Assembly: GCA_964016885.1 (NCBI GenBank)
Contig: OZ024741.1
Location: 26,226,001-26,290,000, forward strand
Source: Eledone cirrhosa
Taxonomy: Eukaryota
Length of the DNA: 64,000 nt
Reading direction: 5' to 3'
Shown: positions 55,261 through 64,000 of the stretch, one piece after another
Position numbering within the stretch: the stretch's first letter is position 1
How the letters are laid out: the number at the start of each line of letters is the position of its first letter
The notes under the pieces: model-generated
Told to the model about the DNA's origin: nothing
What the model saw: only the letters and a program-made list of their open reading frames with translations
Databases searched by the model: none
Translations under genes and position numbers: made by a program

Positions 55261-56639
55261 CTAGCAAATTTGGGGGAACGGCAAAGTTGATTAAATCAAC
55301 CTCAATACTTGTCTGGTACTTTATCTTAGTTGGCCTCGACGGGATTTGAACTTGAAATGTAAAGAACTAGAACAAGTACCGCAAAGATCCGACGCTCTAC
55401 CACTTCTGACAATCCACCACACTTTTCAATAATATTGGTTTCTGATTTAGGCACAAGGCCAACAATTTTGGGACACGGAAAAGTCGATTAAAACGATCCA
55501 GTGTATTACTGGTACTTTATTTTATCGACCCTGTAAGGATGAAAGGCAAAGTTAACCTTGGCAGGATTTGAACTCAGATTGTAAAGGAGCGTAACAAAGC
55601 ATATTGTCCGACGTTCTACCGATACTGCCAATCCACTGCCCTTTCAATACTATTGGGATTGATTTAATCGCCTATAACTTCTCCACTTACAATGATTGGC
55701 CTTTTGTTGGAAAGAGGTCAATATCCACTCCGGGTGTCACGATTTGTTACAGCTGACACCTAAGTAGATTAAATTGACCTCAGAGGACGTTACTCATGTC
55801 TAAGTGCCTTGTTTCAGGGGGGTACCAGGAGACAAGTCCCCCCCCCCCCACACACACACACACACTCACACTTTTTTAAACGTCTGTTTTATTTTTTGTT
55901 TATTTGATATAATAAATTCTTTTTAAGCTTATTTTTATATCTGAACTTCATTTGAATACATAAAATTTAATTAGCGTAACATTTTATTTATGTAATAGGG
56001 TCCCGGAAAGGCATCATAACCAATACTAACATGCTCCTTTAAGAATCAACAAATGTTGGTTTCTCCCCTTCACACTTTTAAGGCAAACGAGGCGCCTGTT
56101 CATGTTATTTTTTTCATGGTGGGAGGCTGTAGTCTTACCGTGAATCCCCTCATACACCCAGTACTAGACACCATTCTATTGCAAGGGCTAACCCCCAGCT
56201 ACTGCTAGTACTCATACTCCCCTCCCCAGCTAAGTGGACTGGAGCAAAAAGAGACTAAGCGCCTTGCTCCAGGACATGTTGTTCGTTCCAAGGATGTCAC
56301 CAATAATGAATAATATAAGGCACTTTTCCTGTTATTGATATCGATTTCTAGGATTTGAAGAGTGATTTCAGATTAATTATCTGATGGCTCTCGAGCTGAT
56401 ACTGGAAATTATTTTTTTTTAAGTCAAAAGTTGAAACATTAATTTTTGTATTTGTCTTGCAAGATTTTTTGAGATGACATCGTGTGTATATGTATTTTTA
56501 AAATAAATCATACACAAAACGCCAGCACCAACAGTTTTGCAAGAGATGTCAACATGAATGGACCTGTTATTTTTATCTAAAGATATTTTTTCCAATTCCA
56601 ACCCGCCCGTCCCCCCAATCTATCTTATTTCTCATTCTT

Positions 56640-56675
56640 TCTTCTGATGAAGGACTAGCGTCCGAAACGTTAAGA
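56640..56675 (+). ncRNA. Minimal type-I hammerhead ribozyme (family D)
   Basis: UCUU-CUGAUGA-A-GGAC(UAGC)GUCC-GAAA-CG-UU/AAGA; palindromic AACGUU in place of stem III. Confidence 0.8.
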
Positions 56676-56801
56676 CCCTCTTCCTGCTATATCAAGCCTA
56701 ATATATCCCTTCCATATACTGTACTAATTGTGTTGTTATTTCTGTTTACTTTTTACATACATATATACATGTGCGTGTGTGTGTATGTGTATATATGTAT
56801 A

Positions 56802-56859
<58 letters not shown>

Positions 56860-57613
56860 GATATGTCAGAGTGCCGAAAACTTTAATCTTATTAATTGAT
56901 ATGTTTATTCTCAATACATGTGTTTCACTCAGAAAGTTGACTTAAAAACCATTGATAATTACATAAATATGAAAAAGAAAGCTAAAAACAAAATTAAGTA
57001 ATGAGAAAAAGGGGTCAGGGGTAAAGAAGGGCAGATTCAACTGTATGGGAGTAGAGGAAAGGATAATAAATGCCATAAATGTGAGGAAAGGGAGAGAAAA
57101 AACAAGCACTATTAGACCACGGTAGAGAGGGAGAAAGGGAGTAACCAATGAAGGAACTAACCTTTTAGTATTTAAACTGGCCGTATCCGGCCAGAATTCT
57201 CTTACCTCTTTCTGTTCAAACTGGCTGTAACCAACTACTCATATTTATGTTAAGGTATTGTTCTCAAAATAACTAATATTAAGATCTCATAGATTTGATA
57301 TTATGTGAGAATTATGTAAGATAAAGTGTTTATGGTGAAAATACAATAGTAAATATAGAATAATTGTTTCTACTTTTGGCACAAGGTCAGCAATTATCCC
57401 AGTGTGTTACTGGTACTTTATTTTATCGACCCCGTAAGGATGAAAGGTAAAGATAACCTTGGCGGGATTTGAAATCAGACCATAAAGGGCCGTAATAGGG
57501 TTAAAGGAAACTCCAGTGACCCCTTTGGCGTGTGTGGCTCTTTCTTGTTTTATTACCTCCCCTGCCTCCTTTTTTCATTATGACAAACATTCAATATTAT
57601 TTCATGTTTAATC

Positions 57614-57797
57614 GGGCGGTGGATTGGCAGTATCAGTAGAGGTCGGACGCCATGCTTTCCAGCATAGTTACGTCCCTTTACGATCTGAGTTCAAATCCCG
57701 CCGAGGTTGACTTTGCCTTTCATCCTTACGGGGTCGATAAAATAAAGTACCAGTAATGAACTGGGTATTTGCTGGCCTTGTGCCTAAAGTAGAAACA
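57614..57797 (+). mobile_element. Full-length SINE with 18-bp TSD
   Basis: ATTATTTCATGTTTAATC at 57596-57613 and 57798-57815; A-box-like TGGCAGTATCAG and B-box GAGTTCAAATCC. Confidence 0.92.
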
Positions 57798-59377
57798 ATT
57801 ATTTCATGTTTAATCTCGATTTAATATTACCGCCTAGTGATTAATTGCCGAAATCAATTAACTTCCTAATAATGGCTTCTGATTTAGGCTCAAGGCTAAC
57901 AATTTGAGGGTGGGGGAGAAAGTCGATTAAATCTACCCTAGTACGTTACTGGTGCTTTATTTTATCAACCTCGTAAGGATGAAAGGTAAAGTTAACCTTG
58001 GCAGGATTTGATCTCAGATCATAAATGGCTGTAACTCTATGCTGCAAAACGTCTGACATTCTACCAATACCACTAATCCCCTACCCTTGATTACCAGACT
58101 AATAATAAAACCAAACTGAAAACCACTTGTTGCATGTTTTTATTGACAGCACAGCTCTCCGAAAGTCAAACATTTGGTGAAAAATGTCATTTTAGCCTAA
58201 GTGTCAGATATAAACTAGTTGACCTGCAGTTTATATCTCTTCTATTATAAATTCATTCACATCTAGGATGCACTGTATAAATATAATGAAATCTCAGTAC
58301 TTGATTGCAACTTTAATTTATTGATCCCTCGAAGGTAAAGTTGACCTCAGCATGATTTGAATTCAGAAATTTGGATTATGTTTTTAAAGTTGTCCACACT
58401 GTAAAATGATCGTATCGTGTAGGTGTCACGACAAAAAGCACCCAGTACTGATCTGGCTTGTCTCACTACAGGACAACTTGTCTAACCCATGCTAGCATAG
58501 AAAAACAGATGTTAAACAATGATGATGATGATGACGAACCCCAACTGACTTTATCACATATGTAACAGTAATACACAGATTGATTAGTTAACAATAAGAG
58601 ATTTGTTCTTGATCAATTGAACTCTTGTCATGGTTTTAGTTCCTCATTGAAGCCAATAAACTAAAGGCAGCATGTAGTTAACACATCTTTATCTCCATAG
58701 ACTGCACTGTAAACTCTTGGGCTAGCACTGAATATGACCCCTTGAACACAGAGATCTAGGGACTTGGTAGTTAAAGTGAGTGGTGGACAGAAGGCCTACA
58801 CTAAAGACTAGCAGATTCCTCTCAGGCATCCTTGATATAAATGGATTTATGGGCAAAGAAAAGTTCACTTAAGTCATGAAAATGTCCCTTTTATACATTC
58901 CTGAGACAGGAATAAAGACCAATACATATGCAGTTGGAGCTGAACAAGGTTCTTGGCAGCTTATCTTAACTGATGTACCAGGTGATGTCCATAAGGGTGC
59001 TTGATTATTCCAGCATCTTAGCCCTGCTATTACCCATTGATATAAAGTTGAAGATATATATGTATAAAGTTGTGGATGTATATAAATTTGTGGACTTATA
59101 TAAAGTTGTATATATATATATATATATATAGGTAATAGGAAGGGCATCAAGCCATAGAAATTTTGCCAAAAAAAAGGGTTGGGAAGACCCTCAGTTGTGT
59201 CAAAGACATGACAACCTCTCCTGTGCAGTCAGTGGAATATGAGACCGTACATAAACAAGACACAGATCCCTGGCTTGTATGGGAGATCAGTAAGTCTGTT
59301 TCAATCTAACTTGGTGTAAGCAGACCTGTCCAACCCTTGTCAGCAGGGAAAGCAAACATTAAAACAATGACAACAAC

Positions 59378-59587
59378 GCTGTAAAGTGGTTGTGTAGGTG
59401 TCATGACAAAAAGCACCTAGTCCAAACTGTAAAGTGATTGGCGTTAGGAAGGGAATCCAGCTGTAGAAACCAAGCCAGAAACAGTTCTATGTGAGCAAGA
59501 CGCAGTCACCTGACCCAACTTGCTCTAATGGGACAACCTATCTAACCCATGCTAGTGTGGAAATGGACATTAAACAATGATGATGAT
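59378..59587 (+). mobile_element. RTE-3'UTR-like tail (SINE or truncated RTE); similar pieces at about 58395-58535 and 59130-59370
   Basis: GTAGGTGTCATGACAAAAAG, TTAGGAAGGGAATCCAGCTGTAGAAA, AACCCATGC, (GAT)n. Confidence 0.75.
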
Positions 59588-60302
59588 ATACAAATATATA
59601 TATATCATCGTCATTATTGTTTTAACGTCCGCTTTCCGAACTATTTTACTTTTTAGAACAAACCCTTTACCATTTATAGGTTACCACTAAGGTCTGCCTG
59701 TCTGGGCAAACATCAATCTACTACTTGACACAAAACCTCCCACTGAGGTCTGTTTATCTGGGTAGATGTTCATTTGTTTCACTACTTCCCACCAAAACTC
59801 CCTCTACTAGTAATTACCACATTAACCTATTTCTTTATATAATTGTTCTCTCTCAGAACAGCAATACTGACCTAGGTTAGCATCGGTCATTAGGTCAACA
59901 GAAACTTCAATGTTAAATGTTATATGATGACCTTTACTTCAAACATCTCTCCTGTCTACACCAAATACAAACCTCTTCTCAGCTAAACTATTTCTATTTT
60001 TCTTGCCAATAGGAACTTGATTTCATGAAGAAATTTATCTTGTTACGGCTAAGATAAACTTTCATGCTGTTGCTTGTCATTGTTCATGCTGTTGTTGTTG
60101 TTGTTGTTATAGCTGTAGTTTGTCTTGGCCAGCCAATAATTTCAAATATAAATTTTAACACCTCCCATGTCAATATATTTCTTTTACAATTGTAATTGTT
60201 TGTATTGTACTGTAAACCTCATCTTCAATCATGAAACATTTAAATAAGCCCAAAATGTAATATTAAATGTTCCTGTGTCTGTTGCTTCATGGATGTTTTA
60301 CT

Positions 60303-60757
60303 ATAGAGATTGGGAACCTGCAGCTTATGAAGGAATCAAAAATTTCCAACAAATTTTTTATTTTTATTCATGTTTTTTTTCTATATCTTATTATTTTAAT
60401 TTAAACCATTAGATGAACATATTTTAAATACCAAAGAATAAAAGAAAATTCAATGTAATAATCCACACTAACAGACAGCCAGACCTTAAACACATTAACA
60501 GATCATAGAGGCCTCCATGTTGCAATCAAATATCAAAATACTTTCCTACAACAAACAGTCACAACAAAGTCATTAAAAGGTAAGTTAGCTTTAAAATTAA
60601 TTTTTGGGGTATTTTAGATAATTAGTACATAGTAAGTAGATTTTTACAAAATAATGTAGATTTTAAGAATATATAATTATGGTTTCTTGAATGCAGCTTT
60701 ATTATATTACAAGTAATTTAATGTGGCCTTTCAACATGAAAAGGTTCCCCACCTCTG
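60303..60757 (+). mobile_element. hAT non-autonomous element; shorter relative at 62295-62592
   Basis: TIR-like ends AGAGATTGGGAACCT and AGGTTCCCCACCTCTG; internal homology with 22020-22541. Confidence 0.72.
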
Positions 60758-60801
60758 TGTTGCTACTTTTTATTTAAGAAATATAACACTGTAGTTAAAA
60801 T

Positions 60802-62290
60802 GCAGTTTGGTACTAGGTAGAGACTACTTTCTAGTAGGTGAGGTGACCACAAAGCAGTTTGGTACTAGGTAGAACTACTTTCTAGTAGGTGAGGTGACCA
60901 CAGAGCAGTTTGGTACTAGGTAGAACTACTTTATAACAGGTGAGGTGACCACAGAGCAGTTTGGTACTAGGTAGAACTACTTTCTAGTAGGTGAGGTGAC
61001 CACAGAGCAGTTTGGTACTAGGTGGAGACTACTTTCTAGTAGGTGAGGTGACCACAGAGCAGTTTGGTACTAGGTAGAGACTACTTTCTAATAGGTGAGG
61101 TGACCACAGAGCAGTTTGGTACTAGGTAGAACTACTTTCTAGTAGGTGAGGTGACCACAGAGCAGTTTGGTACTAGGTAGAGACTACTTTCTAATAGGTG
61201 AGGTGACCACAGAGCAGTTTGGTACTAGGTAGACACTACTTTCTAGTAAATGAGGTGACCACAGCAGTTTGGTACTAGGTACAGACTACTTTCTATCAGG
61301 TGAGGGGACCACAGAGCAGTTTGGTACTAGGTAGAGACTACTTTCTAGCAGGTGAGGTGACCACAGAGCAGTTTGGTACTAGGTAGAGACTACTTTCTAA
61401 TAGGTGAGGTGACCACAGAGCAGTTTGGTACTAGGTAGAGACTACTTTCTAGCAGGTGAGGTGACCACAGAGCAGTTTGGTACTAGGTAGAGACTACTTT
61501 CTAGCAGGTGAGGTGACCACAGAGCAGTTTGGTACTAGGTAGAGACTACTTTCTAGTAGGTGAGGTGACCACAGCTGTTTGGTACTAGGTAGAGACTACT
61601 TTATAGTAGGTGAGGTGACCACAGAGCAGTTTGGTACTAGGTAGAGACTACTTTCTAGCAGGTGAGATGACCACAGCTGTTTGGTACTAAGTAGAGACTA
61701 CTTTATAGTAGGTGAGGTGACCACAGAGCAGTTTGGTACTAGGTAGAGACTACTTTCTAGCAGGTGAGATGACCACAGCTGTTTGGTACTAGGTAGAGAC
61801 TACTTTCTAGCAGGTGACGTGACCACAGAGCAGTTTGGTACTAGGTAGAGACTACTTTCTAATAGGTGAGGTGACCACAGAGCAGTTTGGTACTAGGTAG
61901 AGACTACTTTCTAGCAGGTGAGATGACCACAGCTGTTTGGTACTAGGTAGAACTACTTTCTAGCAGGTGACGTGACCACAGAGCAGTTTGGTACTAGGTA
62001 GAGACTACTTTCTAGTAGGTGAGGTGACCACAGAGCAGTTTGGTACTAGGTAGAGACTACTTTCTAGTAGGTGAGGTGACCACAGCTGTTTGGTACTAGG
62101 TAGAACTACTTTCTAGTAGGTGAGGTGACCACAGAGCAGTTTGGTACTAGGTAGAGACTACTTTCTAATAGGTGAGGTGACCACAGAGCAGTTTGGTACT
62201 AGGTAGACACTACTTTCTAGTAGATGAGGTGACCACAGAGCAGTTTGGTACTAGGTAGAGACTACTTTCTATCAGGTGAGGGGACCACAA
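60802..62290. repeat. 52-bp minisatellite, about 29 copies
   Basis: Unit GTGAGGTGACCACAGAGCAGTTTGGTACTAGGTAGAGACTACTTTCTAGTAG. Confidence 0.97.
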
Positions 62291-62918
62291 AGAGTAGTGA
62301 TGGGGAACCTGTTGCCTTAAAGCCACATATGGCCTTCTATGTCATTCTGCCTTTTGAAAGAATAAAAAATTTCCAACATATTTAAAATTTTTATTAATGT
62401 TTTTGTCTATTGTAATTTATTAAAGTTTTTGTCTATTGTAAATACCAAAGAGTAAAAGAGAATTCAACGAAATAATCCACACTGACAGACAGCCAGAATT
62501 AAAATATGTAATTATGGTTTTTTGAATGGGGCCTTATTATATTACAAGTAACTTAATGTGGCCTTTTGTATGAAAAAGGTTCCACAGCTATGGCATAAAG
62601 GATCCTTGGCTTGTTTAGGACTGGGGGTAGTAAGTAGGGTGAGGTAAAATGTGGATTGAGGTAGTTAGAAAAACCTAAGGTGATAGTGGTGTTGGAGATA
62701 GTTGAAATGGTGGTAGTGATGGTGATAGTTGTAATGGTGATAGTGATGATGGTGGTGATGGTGGTGATAGTTGTAAATATGATGGTGGTGGTGGTGATGG
62801 TAACAATGTTGAGAATTACCACAATTTTTTAATATATTTTATTATTTCAGTTCTGTTTTTTACTCATTGTTTCCCTGTCTATGATTATTTCAGTATTAAA
62901 GTTGTGATTCTATTCAAG

Positions 62919-63095
62919 ATGATCGCTAGCAATTTACGCAGTCAGGTTGTAGCATCAGTAGTGATCTCGGCCACAGTTTTAATCAAAACCATTCCTGAAA
63001 CTCTGGGACTCAGCAAATACAGAGAATTTTTCCAGTTTTATGATGGAACAGAAACTTTACCAATAGACAATGATACCAAAGAACTTATAGAAGAG
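62919..63095 (+). CDS. TMEM177: Transmembrane protein 177, coding exon 1
   Basis: ATG at 62919, hydrophobic N-terminus MIASNLRSQVVASVVISATVLIK, phase-0 donor GAG|GTAGGG at 63096. Upstream acceptor-like TTTCAG sites at about 62850 and 62893. Confidence 0.82.
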
Positions 63096-63190
63096 GTAGG
63101 GCCAGTTCTTCTTCTTTTCCTCCTCTTCCTCCTTCTTTGTTTTGGGGTTTTTATTTTCATCTCACTTTTTTTTGTCTTTTCTTTTTGTAG

Positions 63191-63934
63191 ACTCTCTTCA
63201 AAATGGATCTTGATCCCCATGTGGAGAGTGGGTTGGACACATTTGTTAACTATGGTCAGAATACTCTTCACAAAGGTAGTTTACACATAAAGACTGGTGG
63301 TATAGTTGGTCTACCCATCTTCTTCAGGTACAAACAGTTCTCAGATATCCACATATCACATATAACAGTGAAAAACAAATCTATTGATTGGAATTCAGAA
63401 AATGGCCAGAAATTCTCAAATTCCTTAATTTTGAGTGACAAAGCTAAAAAGTTTGCAATTGCACGGGAAATTTATTACACTGCAGACCACAACATCTCCA
63501 TTGACTGTAGCCTGCTGCTATTTAACTTGAGTGCAGCTTACTGCACATATTTTGCAATGAATAACATTTACCGCCTCAATCAAAGACTGAAGTTGTTTGG
63601 CAAGGTTTCTTTAGCGAGTTCTTTCTATATTGTGGCATTAGGAAGTTACTTTTTCATGCATGACTTATATCAGCGCCAAAGAGACTGGAAAGCTGATTCA
63701 AAAGCTGCAAAACTGGGGAAGGACTACAATGAAGGAGGAGTAACATTTTATGACTTGATGCTGCAGAGAAATTCAGCTTTGTATAACTTACTTGGTGACG
63801 ATGGCAAGAAATTTTATACTCCATTTGGCAATGAGAAGATTTCTATTAGAATGAAAACTTTGCCAATAACTGCTCGTAGAGATTTTATGAAGGAAACTCT
63901 AACTAAACAAACAGAAGAAAAGATACCAAGTTGA
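63191..63934 (+). CDS. TMEM177: Transmembrane protein 177 (mitochondrial inner membrane), coding exon 2
   Basis: Polypyrimidine tract plus TAG acceptor (63190), in frame with exon 1. Motifs VGLP..F, LSDKAKKFAIAREI, GGVTFY...LQRNSAL..LLGDDGKKFYTPFGN and LPITARRD match TMEM177. Total 306 aa. Confidence 0.92.
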   Translation, partial: TLFKMDLDPHVESGLDTFVNYGQNTLHKGSLHIKTGGIVGLPIFFRYKQFSDIHISHITVKNKSIDWNSENGQKFSNSLILSDKAKKFAIAREIYYTADHNISIDCSLLLFNLSAAYCTYFAMNNIYRLNQRLKLFGKVSLASSFYIVALGSYFFMHDLYQRQRDWKADSKAAKLGKDYNEGGVTFYDLMLQRNSALYNLLGDDGKKFYTPFGNEKISIRMKTLPITARRDFMKETLTKQTEEKIPS

Positions 63935-64000
63935 TATTAATCCAGTTTACAAGTTAATAATAAATTTTGAAAATATGTTAGCCTGAGAAAATATCCAGAG

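Larger units (their letters stand above)
53645..58085. mobile_element. Cluster of at least 7 tRNA-derived SINE copies (about 53645-53800+, 53815-53945+, 55275-55420-, 55435-55640-, 57362-57495-, 57614-57797+, 57875-58085-)
   Basis: Shared GAGTTCAAATCC B-box and GCCTTTCATCCTTACGGGGTCGATAAAATAAAGTACCAG core. Confidence 0.85.

Noticed and set aside
56890-56930. Additional hammerhead on the minus strand (GAAA-CACAUG-UA-UUGAG-AAUAAA)
   Set aside because: Only the 3' half is recognisable; there is no CUGANGA box.
57614-57705. tRNA gene
   Set aside because: A/B-box-like motifs are too far apart for a standard cloverleaf; it is part of a multi-copy SINE with a TSD.
62904-63290. Separate 128-aa membrane protein ORF
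   Set aside because: It is TMEM177 exon 1 read through the intron.

Overview
Eukaryotic, repeat-saturated genomic window. The repeat complement (RTE, Tx1 and CR1 LINEs, tRNA-derived SINEs, huge (TA)n tracts) suggests a mollusc, probably an octopus; this is inference. Only two host-gene signals are supportable: a two-exon TMEM177 CDS on + (62919-63095 and 63191-63934, about 306 aa) and a probable first coding exon of an unidentified gene on - (53238-53278). They point away from a CpG-rich putative promoter that contains a 162-bp palindrome. The rest is mobile DNA and satellites: about 9 pieces of an RTE family with a PHD finger inside its RT, a near-full-length Tx1-type L1, a BovB-type RTE with three C-terminal C2H2-like fingers, an integrase-deleted Gypsy element with intact LTRs, TSD and a -1 frameshift signal, a solo LTR, SINEs, MITEs and several satellites. 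The most notable signal outside the ORF track is RNA structure. Four sequence-distinct type-I hammerhead ribozyme families occur (7 recognisable cores plus a decayed copy), in inverted or direct Penelope-type terminal repeats or alone. A structured GC-rich segment resembling the 7SK 5' hairpin is fused to the 5' end of an RTE copy. Nearly all long ORFs in 15.5-16.9, 24-43 and 56-57 kb, other than the RTE ORFs, are microsatellite artefacts. TE boundaries are approximate unless a TSD is given.
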